Part shown: piece by piece, positions 29,402 to 41,670 of the stretch
Layout of the letters: each line of letters opens with the position of its first letter
How positions within the stretch are numbered: position 1 is the stretch's first letter
Source: a marine bacterium B5-7
GTDB taxonomy: Bacteria; Pseudomonadota; Gammaproteobacteria; Arenicellales; CAJQKF01
Reading direction: 5' to 3'
Length of the DNA: 64,000 nucleotides
Assembly: GCA_021604525.1 (NCBI GenBank)
Contig: BQJD01000013.1
Location: forward strand, 11,055 to 75,054
The notes under the pieces: generated by a model
Databases searched by the model: none
Told to the model about the DNA's origin: nothing
Seen by the model: only the letters and a program-made list of their open reading frames with translations
Program-made: the position numbers and the translations under genes

Positions 29402-30574
29402 ATGGCCATTGGAAAAATACTCACGACACTGATTTTGCTGGGCGTTGTCGCAGCGATTGGCTGGCAGGTGAATCAACGTCTGATTGAGGTTAACCGTGAG
29501 TCACCGGAGCGTGTGCGGGGAATATCGGTCATTCCAGTCGAAGTCCAGCCGGTGACGCGTGGTGTAATCGAACGACGCCGTGCATTTACAGGCACATTGA
29601 ATTCCCCGGCTGAGTTTGTCGTCGCGCCGAAATTGAGCGGTCGTATTCTGGAGATCACCGTCGATCTGGCAGACCCGGTCAACCGCGGCCAGGTAGTTGC
29701 ACGATTGGATAATGATGAGTACGTGCAAGCACTGGCCCAGGCAGAGGCAGACCTCGCTGTGTCACGCGCCAACTTCAACGAGGCCAAGAGTCTTCTGGCA
29801 ATTGCGGATCGTGATCTGGAGCGGGCTGAGACACTGCGGGGAAGGGGTGTGAGCTCCGATGCGGAACGGGATGCAGCCAAGGCTAATCAACTTGCAAAAG
29901 CCGCTCATGTCGAGGTTACACGAGCGCAAATGTCCAGGGCTGTAGCGACCGTTGAAACGGCCAGAATCCAGCTTGGTTACAGCGACGTAATCGCTGCTTG
30001 GCAGGGTGGTCAAGATACCCGAGTTGTTGCAGAGCGGTTTGTTGATGAAGGCGATACGGTTTCTGCCAATGCGCCGTTACTTCGTATTGTTGAGCTCGAT
30101 CCGATCAATGCAGTTGTCTTCGTTACCGAGGCGGATTATGGCCTGCTGCGCCCGGGCCAGCGAGTTGACCTGAAAACCGATGCGTTTAAAGACTCTGTTT
30201 TTAAAGGTGAAATCTCGCGCATATCTCCGGTCTTTATCGAAGATACTCGTCAAGCACGTGTTGAAATCACGCTCGACAACAAAGATTTAAAACTCAAGCC
30301 GGGTATGTTTGCACGGGTGTCGATCATGCTTGAACGGTTTGAGGATGCGGTGATCCTGCCAGCAACTTCACTGGTGGTACGTGATGGCAGCAGCGGCGTA
30401 TTCGTGGTTGACGATGATGGCGCCACGGTTCATTGGCAAAGTGTTGAAACCGGGGTTCGCGATGGCGATCGTGTTCAGGCTATCGGCAGTGACGTGGAAG
30501 GAAGAGTCGTCACACTCGGGCAACAACTCCTTGATGATGGCTCGAAAATTTCCATAAGCGAACTATCCCGATAA
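29402..30574 (+). CDS. RND efflux periplasmic adaptor (MFP)
   Basis: N-terminal TM anchor, lipoyl half-motifs, alpha-hairpin, LKPGMFARV. Confidence 0.93.
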   Translation: MAIGKILTTLILLGVVAAIGWQVNQRLIEVNRESPERVRGISVIPVEVQPVTRGVIERRRAFTGTLNSPAEFVVAPKLSGRILEITVDLADPVNRGQVVARLDNDEYVQALAQAEADLAVSRANFNEAKSLLAIADRDLERAETLRGRGVSSDAERDAAKANQLAKAAHVEVTRAQMSRAVATVETARIQLGYSDVIAAWQGGQDTRVVAERFVDEGDTVSANAPLLRIVELDPINAVVFVTEADYGLLRPGQRVDLKTDAFKDSVFKGEISRISPVFIEDTRQARVEITLDNKDLKLKPGMFARVSIMLERFEDAVILPATSLVVRDGSSGVFVVDDDGATVHWQSVETGVRDGDRVQAIGSDVEGRVVTLGQQLLDDGSKISISELSR

Positions 30575-33500
30575 TGAAGCTAGCGCGCGCCAGCGTTAAT
30601 CGCCCCGTGTTCACATTGATGGTCATGCTGGCCGTGATGGTGATGGGGTCGGTCGCCATGACGCGACTACAGATTGATTTGTTGCCCAGCATTGAGTTAC
30701 CGACCATTTCGGTTCGCACCAGTTATGACGGCGCCGATCCACTGGTCATGGAACGGTTGGTGACACAAATCGTCGAGGAGATTATCGCTACTGTACCAGG
30801 TGTCGTCGAGATGACTTCGCAATCCTATGAAGGTAACAGTCGTGTCAGGGTGACATTCGCTTTTGGTACTGATATTGATATTGCCGCCCTTGATGTTCGT
30901 GCAACCATCGAAGACGAGATAAGCGAACTGCCCGACGATATTGGTAGTGTCCGGGTCAGCAAATTTGATATAGACAGCTTTCCGGTGGTGCTTCTTGGCA
31001 TATCAAGTACGCTGGATCCGGTCGAGCTCACAGAGATTGTAGAAAACCAGATCCGTTACCGTTTTTCCCGCATCGAAGGCGTGGCCCAGGTCGATCCGTG
31101 GGGTGGTTTCAGTCGTGAGATTCGTGTTGAGCTTGATCCGGACAAAATCAGCGCATTGGGTCTGCCACTCAACGATATTCTCGAATCAATTCGCAATGCC
31201 AATCTTGATCGACCTGCAGGCAAGATCGAAGAAGGTCGCTATCAGGTTACTTTGCGCGCGCCTGCCGAATTTTCCCGGCCGGAAGAAATAGGTGCTACGG
31301 TTATTGGTCGGCACGATGGCGTGGTTATAACCCTGGATCAAGTCGCAACGGTGCGCGATACCTATCAGCAGATCACGCGTGTAATTCGGGTCAATGGTGA
31401 GCGCGGCGTGCGGGTTGCGATTCGAAAACAGGCAGGCGACAACACGGTTGAAGTAGCCAAGCGAATTCTGGAGGAAGTCGACGCCATTAACGCAGATTTC
31501 CCTCAGATTAAAGTAATCCCGGTGATCAACCAGGGAAATTTTATCGAACGTGCAATCGCCAATGTATCCCGTTCGGTGTTGTATGGTGGCTCGTTGGCCA
31601 TTTTGGTTCTGGTGCTATTCCTTCGCGATTTGCGCAGTACAACCATCATCGCACTGGCTATTCCCATTTCACTGTTGGCGACATTTGCACTGATGTATGT
31701 CAGTGGGCTTACGATCAATCTCATGACGCTTGGCGGCCTGGCACTTGGTGTCGGCATGATGGTAGACAGTTCTGTGGTGGTCCTTGAGAATATTTTTCGT
31801 CGTAACCAGGAATTCAATGAAAGCGCGCGCGATGCCGCAATCAACGGTACAGGTGAAGTCGCATCGGCAGTAATTGCAGGTACTGTAACGACACTGGTGA
31901 TATTTTTACCGTTGATATTTTTTGAAGGCGTTACTGGTGTGTTGTTTAAAGAACTGGCTTACGTCATCATGTTCTCGTTACTCTGCGCGTTGATCGTATC
32001 CCTGAGCCTGGTACCGGTACTTGGTTCAAGACTGCTTGCTTCGCGTAACGACACCGATCCCCAAAAAATCAGCAACAAACGGAGTACTTTAGCTGGGCTT
32101 GAAAATGGCTATCGTGATGTTCTCGTTGTCCTTCTGAAGGGGCGTTTTATCATGATTTTGATTGCTGTTGTCGTGTTTGGCTCGAGCTTGTTGTTGATAA
32201 GATATATCGGTACTGAATTCGTTCCACCAAGCGATGAAGGAGAGGTTCGTGTAACTGGCGAAATGGAAGTTGGTACACGTCTTGAGCTTATCGACAAGCA
32301 GACACGATTGATGGAGCAACTGACCTTGTCTGCCGTACCTGAGGCGCTGTCGTCTGTCGTCAGCGTGAGTACCTCGGGGACTTTTGGTCGTTCGGCCGCA
32401 TCAGGGGAGATACGTATCTCATTAATTCCCGCTGCAAAGAGAGAGCGTTCGAATTCTGATATAGCCGCCGACTTGCGTCAGATTCTTGACGGCAAGATAC
32501 CCGGTATGAAAATTCGAGTACGGGCGCCACAAGGACAATTTCTGTTGGAGAGAATATTATCAAGCGTTGAAAACGTTGCTATCGAAGTGCGTGGTTATGA
32601 TCTTGATACGCTGTCGTTGCTCGCCCGTCGGGTGGCCGACGGGATTACCCGCGTTGCAGGAATTACTGATGCCGAATTAAGTCGAGATGCTGGCATACCC
32701 CAACAGGAGATACTGGTTGATCGTGACAAGATCGCCAATATTGGTTTGAGCCCGCGTGATGTGGCCGAGGCAATCGAGATTGCAGTCGCTGGGTCGACAG
32801 CAGGCGAATTTCGGTCTCGAGGGAACGCCTATCGGATTCTGGTGCAACTTGAAAATGCCAATCGTCGTTCCCTTGATGAGATCCTTGACCTGGTGCTAAG
32901 AACGCCGGATGGCAAAACTGTGGTATTGAGGAATCTCGTTTCTACCCGCAAGACCAGTGGTCCGGTCACTATAGAGCGAAAAGATCAGCAACGAGTCATT
33001 ACTGTAACGGCTAATGTATCGGGCCGCGATCTGGGTTCAGTGGCTGTCGATGTCGAGCAGGTGCTGAAGACTATTCCAAGGCCAATTGGCTATGACCTGA
33101 TGGTAGCCGGAAATATTGAAGAACAGCAAAAATCATTCATCGAACTGGTTACGGCATTGGTATTGGCGCTTGCCCTCGTTTATATGGTGCTTGCCTCGCA
33201 GTATGAATCGTTCAGCGATCCATTGGTGGTCATGTTTTCAGTACCCTTTGCGGCTACAGGAGTGATCCTGACCTTATTTCTTACCGATACAACCATGAAT
33301 ATTCAGTCGGCTATAGGCTGCATCATGCTCGGCGGTATTGTCGTCAACAATGCGATATTACTGGTGGATCAGGCTGGTCAGTTTAGACGTGCCGGAATGG
33401 AAACCGATGCGGCCTTGGCTGAAGCAGGCCGACGTCGACTACGTCCGGTTCTGATGACCACTACAACGACAATTCTTGCACTTTTACCGCTGGCGCTAGG

Positions 33501-33642
33501 TATTGGAGAGGGCGCAGATGCACAAGCCCCGATGGCGCGAGCAGTTGTCGGTGGCCTGCTGGTTTCAACCCTGGTTACGCTGCTATTAATTCCAGTGGTG
33601 TATTCGCTTGTTCACCGACAAAATCGTGTTGCGCATGATTAA
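30574..33642 (+). CDS. RND efflux permease (AcrB/HAE1 family)
   Basis: 1022 aa; [26 protein letters not shown]; TAATG coupling with the MFP gene. Confidence 0.95.
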   Translation: MKLARASVNRPVFTLMVMLAVMVMGSVAMTRLQIDLLPSIELPTISVRTSYDGADPLVMERLVTQIVEEIIATVPGVVEMTSQSYEGNSRVRVTFAFGTDIDIAALDVRATIEDEISELPDDIGSVRVSKFDIDSFPVVLLGISSTLDPVELTEIVENQIRYRFSRIEGVAQVDPWGGFSREIRVELDPDKISALGLPLNDILESIRNANLDRPAGKIEEGRYQVTLRAPAEFSRPEEIGATVIGRHDGVVITLDQVATVRDTYQQITRVIRVNGERGVRVAIRKQAGDNTVEVAKRILEEVDAINADFPQIKVIPVINQGNFIERAIANVSRSVLYGGSLAILVLVLFLRDLRSTTIIALAIPISLLATFALMYVSGLTINLMTLGGLALGVGMMVDSSVVVLENIFRRNQEFNESARDAAINGTGEVASAVIAGTVTTLVIFLPLIFFEGVTGVLFKELAYVIMFSLLCALIVSLSLVPVLGSRLLASRNDTDPQKISNKRSTLAGLENGYRDVLVVLLKGRFIMILIAVVVFGSSLLLIRYIGTEFVPPSDEGEVRVTGEMEVGTRLELIDKQTRLMEQLTLSAVPEALSSVVSVSTSGTFGRSAASGEIRISLIPAAKRERSNSDIAADLRQILDGKIPGMKIRVRAPQGQFLLERILSSVENVAIEVRGYDLDTLSLLARRVADGITRVAGITDAELSRDAGIPQQEILVDRDKIANIGLSPRDVAEAIEIAVAGSTAGEFRSRGNAYRILVQLENANRRSLDEILDLVLRTPDGKTVVLRNLVSTRKTSGPVTIERKDQQRVITVTANVSGRDLGSVAVDVEQVLKTIPRPIGYDLMVAGNIEEQQKSFIELVTALVLALALVYMVLASQYESFSDPLVVMFSVPFAATGVILTLFLTDTTMNIQSAIGCIMLGGIVVNNAILLVDQAGQFRRAGMETDAALAEAGRRRLRPVLMTTTTTILALLPLALGIGEGADAQAPMARAVVGGLLVSTLVTLLLIPVVYSLVHRQNRVAHD

Positions 33643-33689
33643 CCGTTGATTGGTAGCCGTAAAGCGTTCCTTCACCAGATTGTCCAAAT

Positions 33690-36149
33690 TCAGCCTCGAC
33701 TACGCGCACCAGTCGGATCGTAAAGCGCCCTGAGGCTTGCTTGTGCCGGTATCTTCCGGCCGGCCACATCAATCTCGAAACGGCTTGCAGAGATAAAGTC
33801 GGCGGTAATTTCTTCACTGGAACGGACATAGCCAAGTCCTACAGATCCACCGAGCGTATGCCCGTAGTTTCCCGAAGTCAGGTGACCGACGATATTCCCG
33901 TCTTTCAAAATCGGTTCATGGTGATAAAGGACTTCCTCGGGATCTTCAAGCAAAAATTGCACCAGACGTTTGCGCATAAAAGTACGGCTATCCTTCTGCC
34001 GGGCTATGGCATCGTAGCCGATGAACCGGCTTGACTTGTTCATGGCACAGACAAATCCGGCTCCGGCCTCGAGCGGCGTATCTTCGTCGCCAATGTCGTG
34101 TCCAAAGTGCAAAAACTTTTTCTCGATACGGCAAGAATCAAGGGCGTGCAACCCGGCTAATTGAAGGTTATATCTTTTGCCATGTTCTACAAGCAGATCA
34201 AATACATGACGCGCCATGTCGGTTGGAACGTATAACTCCCAACCCAACTCGCCGACAAATGAAACCCGCAGAGCACGACCGGTTGCGTAACCGATGGCAA
34301 TGGGTTGAGAGGTTCCAAAGGCGAACGCGTCATTTGACAGATCGACATCAATCAATGGTTGCAACAAGTTGCGACTTGCAGGTCCCATGATTCCAAAAAC
34401 AGCGTGACTGGAAGTGATATCGACCACTGTGCAATGACTGTCAGATGGAATTTGCCTTCTAAGCCAGTCGAGATCTTTGATAGTCACGGCGGCGCCGCTA
34501 ACCACCCAAAAGGTCGTCTCGTCAATTCGGGTAACAGTCAGATCAGCTTCGATACCGCCACGATCGTTCAGCCAGTGGGTATAAACGACCTTTCCTGATT
34601 CGACGTCTACGTCAGCGCTACAGATTTTCTGAAGAGCGGGCAGGGCGTCACGACCGGTGACAAGATATTTCGAGAAACTGGATTGATCGAACAGGGCGAC
34701 GCCTTCACGTGCGGCGCAATGCTCGGCGGCCGAGTACTCAAACCAGTTTTGCTTGCCAAATGAATACTTGTAGCGTGGTTCAACCCCTTCAGGTGCAAAC
34801 CAGTTGGCGCGTTCCCAGCCGACGACCTGCCCGAAACAGGCACGATTCTCGACAAGTCGCTCGTGAATCGGGGAATGGCGAATATTGCGCGCAGTTTCAA
34901 ATTGCTTGAAAGGATAATGATTGTCGTAGAGTAATCCGAGAGTTTCCGTAACGCGTTCTTCAATGAATTTCTGATTACTCATGAACGGATACATACGACG
35001 AATATCATTGGACCAAAGATCCATGGGCGCATATCCGTGATGCATCCATTCCGCGCAAGCTTTGCCGAGCCCGCCAGATGATTGAATGCCAACGCTGTTC
35101 AGACCGCAGGCAACAAAGTATCCACCAAGCTCAGGAACTTCACCAAGATGAAATTGATCGTCTGGAGTAAATGACTCGGGACCGCAAAAAAACTTTCGCC
35201 AGCCGACCTGTTCAAGTTTAGGGACACGGGCCATGGCATCTTCAAGAACCGGATAGAGCTGCTGTTCGACATGCCCGGTTAACTCGTCAAAGCAAAAATC
35301 CTGGGGTATGCCATTTTGGCCCCATGACAGTGCGTTTTTTTCGAACGCTCCAACCAACAAACTACCGGCATCTTCACGGTAATACGCACACTTGTCGTGA
35401 TCGCGCAGTACCGGTAAGTCCGGGGTAAAGGCATCATCCTTTTCGGTGACTGCATAGTAATGCTCGCAGGCGTGTAACGGAACTGATACACCATTTGCAC
35501 GTGCAAGGTTACGTGCCCACATACCGGCGGCGTTGACCACGAAGCCGGTTTTTATTGAACCCTGATTCGTTGTTACACCGGTAACTCGACCCTTGGCCGT
35601 ATGTACTTCAGTAACTTCAATTGACTCAATACAGTGAGCGCCACGCTGACGCGCACCCTTGATAAAAGCATTCGTAACATCAATGGGACTGCCTTTGCCA
35701 TCTTTTGCCACGTAACTGCCGCCGAGGAGACCACGGGTCTCTATCAATGGAAACAGATTCCCGATTTCCTCAACAGTTACCATGTCCACTTGCGTCACAC
35801 CGAAGGCATTATTCATTGCCGCTACGCGTTTCAGTTCTTCGAAACGGGCCTCACTGTGAGCGATGGATAAACTGCCGACCTGGCGAAATCCGGTCGACTG
35901 TCCGGTCTCTTCTTCAAGTTCGGTGAGAAGTGACATGGAGTATTCACACAGTTTGGCATGACTCTCATTAGCACGCATTGTGCCGATAAGCCCTGCTGCA
36001 TGCCATGTCGTACCACAGGCAAATTGCTTACGCTCAAGCAGTACAACATCCTGCCAACCGAGTCGAGCAAGGTGATAAGCAACACTCGCGCCTGTGACGC
36101 CACCGCCGATAATTACTGCACTGGCCTGATCGGGTACTTGCTGACTCAT
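33690..36149 (-). CDS. GcvT-family FAD-dependent oxidoreductase (dimethylglycine/sarcosine dehydrogenase-like)
   Basis: IIGGGVTG, GTTWHAAG (covalent-FAD His), GPESFTPD, C-terminal folate domain SFVGELGWE, RIEK. Confidence 0.92.
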   Translation of the reverse strand: MSQQVPDQASAVIIGGGVTGASVAYHLARLGWQDVVLLERKQFACGTTWHAAGLIGTMRANESHAKLCEYSMSLLTELEEETGQSTGFRQVGSLSIAHSEARFEELKRVAAMNNAFGVTQVDMVTVEEIGNLFPLIETRGLLGGSYVAKDGKGSPIDVTNAFIKGARQRGAHCIESIEVTEVHTAKGRVTGVTTNQGSIKTGFVVNAAGMWARNLARANGVSVPLHACEHYYAVTEKDDAFTPDLPVLRDHDKCAYYREDAGSLLVGAFEKNALSWGQNGIPQDFCFDELTGHVEQQLYPVLEDAMARVPKLEQVGWRKFFCGPESFTPDDQFHLGEVPELGGYFVACGLNSVGIQSSGGLGKACAEWMHHGYAPMDLWSNDIRRMYPFMSNQKFIEERVTETLGLLYDNHYPFKQFETARNIRHSPIHERLVENRACFGQVVGWERANWFAPEGVEPRYKYSFGKQNWFEYSAAEHCAAREGVALFDQSSFSKYLVTGRDALPALQKICSADVDVESGKVVYTHWLNDRGGIEADLTVTRIDETTFWVVSGAAVTIKDLDWLRRQIPSDSHCTVVDITSSHAVFGIMGPASRNLLQPLIDVDLSNDAFAFGTSQPIAIGYATGRALRVSFVGELGWELYVPTDMARHVFDLLVEHGKRYNLQLAGLHALDSCRIEKKFLHFGHDIGDEDTPLEAGAGFVCAMNKSSRFIGYDAIARQKDSRTFMRKRLVQFLLEDPEEVLYHHEPILKDGNIVGHLTSGNYGHTLGGSVGLGYVRSSEEITADFISASRFEIDVAGRKIPAQASLRALYDPTGARSRG

Positions 36150-36361
36150 GAAACCTCCGGTTACTGAATAATCGATAAAAACCTAGCGGCTCGCTTCATT
36201 CCATGACGGTATAGCCGAACGATCAAAGACTACCTCAAGATCATCGACAATAACCAGTTGAACGGGCGACGTTCGAGTGTGAAAAATTCCTGATTTGCGA
36301 CAGTTCGCTAAAACAGGGTTTTGTTCTTGCTGGCAAAGTGTGATTAAACATATTTTAATAA

Positions 36362-36787
36362 TCAGGAATTCAGCAACCCCTGTGCTTGCCGACGTATTTT
36401 TTCAACAATGGCATAGACGCCGACGTGCCGGGTAGGGCTGAGGTGTTCGAAAAGACCCAACAGGTCGAATTTGGCATCGGTGTCAGTTTCAAGTATTTGC
36501 TCTGGATTCATGCCGCGATAGATTGAATATAAAATTGCCACGATTCCCTTGATGGTAGAAGTGTCGCTATCGCCTTCGATCTGCACGATGCCATGGGTGT
36601 CGAGTGTGTCGGCTTTGACCCAAACAATACTCATGCACTCGTGTACCCGATATTCATCGATCTTGTTTGCATCATCCATAATCGGCATCTTCTTTCCCAG
36701 GTCTTCAATAAATTCATAGCGTGATTCCCAATCAGGAAGAAACGAAAAGGCATCAAGGATGTATTCAAAATTAAGATCGTCTGTCAT
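36362..36787 (-). CDS. sufE: SufE-family sulfur acceptor
   Basis: WESRYEFIEDLG, RVHECMSIVW (acceptor Cys), GDSDxxxIKG, LSPTR. Confidence 0.88.
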   Translation of the reverse strand: MTDDLNFEYILDAFSFLPDWESRYEFIEDLGKKMPIMDDANKIDEYRVHECMSIVWVKADTLDTHGIVQIEGDSDTSTIKGIVAILYSIYRGMNPEQILETDTDAKFDLLGLFEHLSPTRHVGVYAIVEKIRRQAQGLLNS

Positions 36788-36977
36788 GGGGTATTCAAGG
36801 CAGGCTGTGTAAAAGTGTGTACATATAACCGTAAAGCCGAAGGGTATGGGGTACAGTCGCATGTTTACGATACTAACGAAGGAACTCGCATAGTCAGTAC
36901 TCCATGTATCGCTCAACACGTTTATTTGTAAGTACCAAGTACTTTATCCTGGATAATAGAGCATCCGGACAATATAT

Positions 36978-37000
36978 AAAAAAGGGGCCTTTCGGCCCCT
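36978..37000 (-). terminator. Intrinsic terminator of the aap operon
   Basis: AGGGGCC-GAAA-GGCCCCT followed by a T-tract on the minus strand. Confidence 0.88.
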
Positions 37001-37056
37001 GAAGTATCCTGAGTCTTCCGGTTTATTATTCGAAACCGGTTAAGTTGCTGGCACGA

Positions 37057-37857
37057 TCAATGCGCCAGTATCTGACTCAGAAAAAGCTTGGTACGTTCGT
37101 GTTGTGGATGGTCGAAGAAGTTATTGGGTTCGTTCTGCTCGATAATAGCGCCGCCATCCATGAAAATAACCCTGTTAGCTACGGTCTTGGCGAAACCCAT
37201 TTCGTGGGTGACGCAAATCATAGTCATGCCTTCTTCCGCCAGGCTGATCATGGTATCCAGTACTTCTTTGATCATCTCGGGGTCGAGCGCAGATGTTGGC
37301 TCGTCAAACAGCATGATTTTCGGGCTCATGCACAGACTTCGGGCGATTGCGACGCGTTGTTGTTGACCACCTGAAAGCTGTCCGGGATATTTCAGGGCTT
37401 GCTCTGGAATTTTTACCCGTTCCAGGTATTGCATCCCTATTTCTTCCGCCTCCTTTTTGGACATCTTCTTGACCCAGATAGGCGCAAGAGTACAGTTGTC
37501 CAGAACGGTCAGATGGGGAAACAGATTGAAGTGCTGGAATACCATGCCGACTTCACGGCGGATGGCATCGATATGTTTCAGGTTGCCGGTCAACTCAATA
37601 TCATCGACGTATATATGGCCTTCCTGGTGTTCCTCCAGACGATTGATGCAGCGGATCATGGTGGACTTGCCGGACCCGGATGGGCCGCATACCACGATAC
37701 GTTCGCCTCGATTAACTTCGAGATTGATATTCTTGAGGACATGGAATGCGCCATACCACTTGTTCATATCCTGAATTCGGATGACGACTTCGTCACTGAT
37801 TTCCAGCTTTATCGAGTCAATCTTCTGTGTGTTTTCGTTCATTTCAGTATCTCTCAC
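37057..37857 (-). CDS. aapP: General L-amino acid ABC transporter ATPase (AapP/BztD)
   Basis: [28 protein letters not shown]. Confidence 0.93.
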   Translation of the reverse strand: MRDTEMNENTQKIDSIKLEISDEVVIRIQDMNKWYGAFHVLKNINLEVNRGERIVVCGPSGSGKSTMIRCINRLEEHQEGHIYVDDIELTGNLKHIDAIRREVGMVFQHFNLFPHLTVLDNCTLAPIWVKKMSKKEAEEIGMQYLERVKIPEQALKYPGQLSGGQQQRVAIARSLCMSPKIMLFDEPTSALDPEMIKEVLDTMISLAEEGMTMICVTHEMGFAKTVANRVIFMDGGAIIEQNEPNNFFDHPQHERTKLFLSQILAH

Positions 37858-37866
37858 TAAATTAGT

Positions 37867-39165
37867 CTAACGCTTATGTCCGGTATTCAATTTATCTTCC
37901 AGATGTTGGCTATACCTCGCCATCCCATAACAATGCAGCCAAAATATAAATGCGACAAATATGTAGCCGGAATAAGGCACAGAGCGAATCGACCAATCCG
38001 GGTTAGTGGATGCGGTTTGCACCGAGCTTAAGAAATCGAGCAAGCCGATGATCAGGACCAGAGTAGTGTCCTTGAATAATCCGATAAAAGTATTGACGAT
38101 GCCGGGAATAACAATCTTGAGTGCCTGCGGCATAACAATCAGTCCCATCATCTTCCAGTAGGACAGACCGAGAGACATGGCGCCTTCATATTGTCCCTTG
38201 GAGATTGCCTGCAGACCGCCGCGAACCACTTCTGCCATATAAGCGGACGAGAACAAGGCGACACCGATCAAGGCGCGCAATAACTGGTCGATATTAGCGC
38301 CTTCGGGTGCAAACAACGGCAGCATGAAATTCGCCATGAACAGTACCGTAATAAGCGGTACGCCGCGCCAGAATTCAATGAAGAGGGTGCTTACAAGGCG
38401 AAGGACAGGCATGTCCGATCGTCTGCCGAGTGCCAGTAGAATGCCAATTGGCAGGGAGGCGACGATACCGGTAATGGCGATTACCAGTGTAAGTGAAAAC
38501 CCGCCCCAATCACTGGTTGCAATCTTCGACAAGCCAAGAACGCCACCACCAAGCATGAAGAAAACCAGGACCGGATAAGCAAATAACAACAACAAACCCA
38601 GACGGCTTCTTCCATTGGGTAGTCCCCATGCCCAGATAACCAGGCCCACGGTGATGAGTGTGGCAGCCATCGTCCACATTACTGGTGCGCCGTGCTGGAT
38701 CATCAACGACATGAACACCATTGAAACGATGGCGATGAAGAAGCCGAGTATGGTCGACGTGGGACGAGTCTTGCGGACATCGTCGTCTACCACAACAAAA
38801 GCCACGCCCACATAGAGAACCCATAAAACAAGATCGATTCGCCACCGCTGAGTTCTATCGTAAAAGCCGTAGAGGAAGAATTCCCACCACGATCCGGCAA
38901 ATGTCCAGCAGGCAGCGTGCGGATTCTCGCGACAGGCATCAGCCCCACCACTCCAGACTGCATCGAACAAGGTCCAGTTCAATATTGAAGGAACCGTGTA
39001 GGCAATGAACAAAAGTCCGATAATTGTCAGTATTGAATTGCCTACACTGCTGAACAGATTTTCACGCAACCAGCCGATGAAACCGGTTGTACTGATGGGC
39101 GCATCGCGATCTGCTATAGGTTTTGCGTTAACAATGCCGTAGTTGGTTCGATTATTATCACCCAT
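37867..39165 (-). CDS. aapM: Amino acid ABC permease (AapM/BztC)
   Basis: WLRENLFS, RGVPLITVL, AYMAEVVRGGLQA, FKDTTLV. Confidence 0.92.
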   Translation of the reverse strand: MGDNNRTNYGIVNAKPIADRDAPISTTGFIGWLRENLFSSVGNSILTIIGLLFIAYTVPSILNWTLFDAVWSGGADACRENPHAACWTFAGSWWEFFLYGFYDRTQRWRIDLVLWVLYVGVAFVVVDDDVRKTRPTSTILGFFIAIVSMVFMSLMIQHGAPVMWTMAATLITVGLVIWAWGLPNGRSRLGLLLLFAYPVLVFFMLGGGVLGLSKIATSDWGGFSLTLVIAITGIVASLPIGILLALGRRSDMPVLRLVSTLFIEFWRGVPLITVLFMANFMLPLFAPEGANIDQLLRALIGVALFSSAYMAEVVRGGLQAISKGQYEGAMSLGLSYWKMMGLIVMPQALKIVIPGIVNTFIGLFKDTTLVLIIGLLDFLSSVQTASTNPDWSIRSVPYSGYIFVAFIFWLHCYGMARYSQHLEDKLNTGHKR

Positions 39166-39167
39166 GA

Positions 39168-40370
39168 TTATCGCTCCACCAGTTTGACACGGTCGTTATA
39201 CCAATTCATAAACGTCGAAGTCACCAAACTGATAGACAAGTACACAAGCATGGTCATCATGATGATCTCAACCGCCTTGCCTGTCTGATTGAGCACAGTG
39301 CCGGTGAATACAGCGACGAGATCCGGATAGGCAATCGCCACAGCAAGAGAAGAGTTTTTGGTCAGATTAAGATATTGACTGGTTAATGGCGGTACGATAA
39401 CCCGCATCGCCTGGGGGATAATGATCAATTTAAGCGTTGGACCCGGACGCAGACCCAGTGCATAGGATGCTTCGGTTTGCCCATGGCTGACGGATTGAAT
39501 ACCCGCACGTACAATCTCGGCGACAAATGCTGATGTATAAGCCACTAACGCCAGTAGCAAGGCAATGAATTCAGGAATGACGTTCAAGCCAAATCCAGCA
39601 TTGGGACGAAACGTGCCCATCTCTCCTGGCTGAAAATGTAGCGGTGATCCCATCACAACGAAAGCTAGAAGGGGCAGAACAATAATGAGACCAAGAGTTG
39701 TCCAGATAGTTTTAAATTGCTGTCCCGTAGCCATTTGGCGGTTGAATGCCCACTTCTTGATTACAATAGCGCCGATGATTCCAAGTACGAAAATGGTGAA
39801 AACAATCCAGAAACCGCCTTCCGGTATTGGTTTAGGTATCATCAAGCCGTTATTGGAGAGCGAGAACCACAGTTGGTCTCCTTTGTCATGTACGTCGCGT
39901 GGCCCGGGCAATGGTTTCAGTACGGCGTTATACCAGAAGAAAATCTGCAGAAGCAGGGGTATGTTGCGCAGGGTTTCGACATATATCGTGGAAATCTTGT
40001 TGATCAACCAGTTTTTACTAAGTCGTCCTACACCGACAATGAAGCCGATAATTGTTGTGAGAATACAACCGATTAATGCAACGATCAAAGTGTTCAGGAG
40101 TCCAACGAAAAACACTCGGCCGTAGCTCGAGGATTCATTGTAGTCAATTAAGGACTGTATGATGCCGAAGCCGGATTGCGTGGTAAGAAAACCGAATCCG
40201 AACTTGATATTCTGTGCCGCCATGTTGTTTGCGGCGTTGTCGATAATCCACCAGATACCGTACACCACCATGGCTATTGTAAGAGCCTGGTAGATCAGAC
40301 CGCGGGTTTTGGTGTCACTTAAGGAAAAACCGCCTTTTTTTGGCGGGACATTCGATTGAACTTCAGCCAT
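39168..40370 (-). CDS. aapQ: Amino acid ABC permease (AapQ/BztB)
   Basis: GLLNTL, RNIPLLLQ, AEIVRAGI, YLNLTKNSSLA. Confidence 0.92.
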   Translation of the reverse strand: MAEVQSNVPPKKGGFSLSDTKTRGLIYQALTIAMVVYGIWWIIDNAANNMAAQNIKFGFGFLTTQSGFGIIQSLIDYNESSSYGRVFFVGLLNTLIVALIGCILTTIIGFIVGVGRLSKNWLINKISTIYVETLRNIPLLLQIFFWYNAVLKPLPGPRDVHDKGDQLWFSLSNNGLMIPKPIPEGGFWIVFTIFVLGIIGAIVIKKWAFNRQMATGQQFKTIWTTLGLIIVLPLLAFVVMGSPLHFQPGEMGTFRPNAGFGLNVIPEFIALLLALVAYTSAFVAEIVRAGIQSVSHGQTEASYALGLRPGPTLKLIIIPQAMRVIVPPLTSQYLNLTKNSSLAVAIAYPDLVAVFTGTVLNQTGKAVEIIMMTMLVYLSISLVTSTFMNWYNDRVKLVER

Positions 40371-40435
40371 TGTTGTGTTCCCTGATTGAGTCCGTCCCTG
40401 CTGTCATTATTTTTTCTTTCCGATGAGTGAAAGCC

Positions 40436-40471
40436 GGAAAAACTGAAGGCACTCTTGCGAGTGCCTTCAGT
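40436..40471 (-). terminator. Intercistronic hairpin after aapJ (partial terminator or mRNA stabiliser)
   Basis: 13-bp perfect stem ACTGAAGGCACTC-N4-GAGTGCCTTCAGT followed by T residues on the minus strand. Confidence 0.8.
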
Positions 40472-40483
40472 GTGATTTCAAGC

Positions 40484-41500
40484 CTAGCGGAATGGTGCGG
40501 CGTACATAATGCCGCCATCTTTCCACAGCGCGTTCAGACCACGCGAGAGACCAAGTGGTGTGTCAGGTCCGACGTTTCGATCAAAGCTTTCGCCGTAGTT
40601 ACCAACCTGCTTGACGATGCTGTAACAGAATTCGTTTGGCAGACCCAGCAACTGGCCGAGGTCGCCCGATTCGCCAAGAATACGTTGAATTCCAGGATTA
40701 TCTGAACCTTTCATTTCATCGATATTCGCAGAGCTGATACCGAGCTCTTCTGCGTCAACCATGCAGTTAAGAGACCATTTAACGATATCGAACCACTGAT
40801 CGTCACCATGACGCACCATTGGGCCAAGCGGTTCCTTGGAGATAATCTCCGGCAGAATCACATGGGCCGACGGATCGGCCAGCTTGGTACGCTGTGCAGC
40901 GATACCGGATTGGTCCGTAGTGTAGACGTCGCAACGACCTGCATCGTATGCAGCGACAACCTCGTCAGCCTTTTCAAATGCTACTACAGTGTACTCAAGT
41001 CCAAGTGAACGGAAATAATCCGCTACATTAAGCTCGGTTGTGGTACCGGTGTTTGTGCACACAGCCGCACCGCCGAGTTCCTTGGCGCTGGATACGCCAA
41101 GATCCTTGCGAACCATAAATCCCTGGCCATCGTAGTAATTAACACCAGGAAAATTACCGTGTTGGGCATCGCGACTCAGCGTTTCAGTGGTGTTGCGTGG
41201 CAACATGTCAATTTCGCCAGACGTCAACGCGGTGAAGCGAGTTTTCGCTGACAACGGCTTGAAGTTGGCTTTGGTAGCATCGCCGAATACGGCAGCAGCA
41301 ACTGCGCGGCAGGTGTCAACATCAAGACCACTCCAGTTGCCTTGATCATCTGGATTCGAAAACCCGGGTAAACCCTGGCTTACGCCACAGGTTACTGCAC
41401 CATTGGCCTTCACATCATCTAATGTTGCTGCATAACTTGTAGCAACAAAGGATGCTGAGACAATGGCTGTTGTATAAGCTGCTATTTTTAGCAGATTCAT
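40484..41500 (-). CDS. aapJ: Amino acid ABC substrate-binding protein (AapJ/BztA)
   Basis: CGVSQGLPGFS, YYDGQGF, GTTTELN, ISKEPLGP, GNYGE..RN, APFR. Confidence 0.95.
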   Translation of the reverse strand: MNLLKIAAYTTAIVSASFVATSYAATLDDVKANGAVTCGVSQGLPGFSNPDDQGNWSGLDVDTCRAVAAAVFGDATKANFKPLSAKTRFTALTSGEIDMLPRNTTETLSRDAQHGNFPGVNYYDGQGFMVRKDLGVSSAKELGGAAVCTNTGTTTELNVADYFRSLGLEYTVVAFEKADEVVAAYDAGRCDVYTTDQSGIAAQRTKLADPSAHVILPEIISKEPLGPMVRHGDDQWFDIVKWSLNCMVDAEELGISSANIDEMKGSDNPGIQRILGESGDLGQLLGLPNEFCYSIVKQVGNYGESFDRNVGPDTPLGLSRGLNALWKDGGIMYAAPFR

Positions 41501-41670
41501 AGAGCACTCTCCTATCTATTTTAGATTTATCAACTACTTCATTGGCTCAAGGATATCCTGTTATTTTTTCCTCGAGTCGTCGAAGCGAAATGGATTATAG
41601 ATCAAAAAGATCTAGTTATGGAGAATGAACTTATTGTGCGTGAAGGTCAATCGATGTAGTGAGATATGGC

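Noticed and set aside
37045-37860. Several long plus-strand ORFs (109, 153, 105 aa)
   Set aside because: Antisense shadows of the conserved aapP gene.
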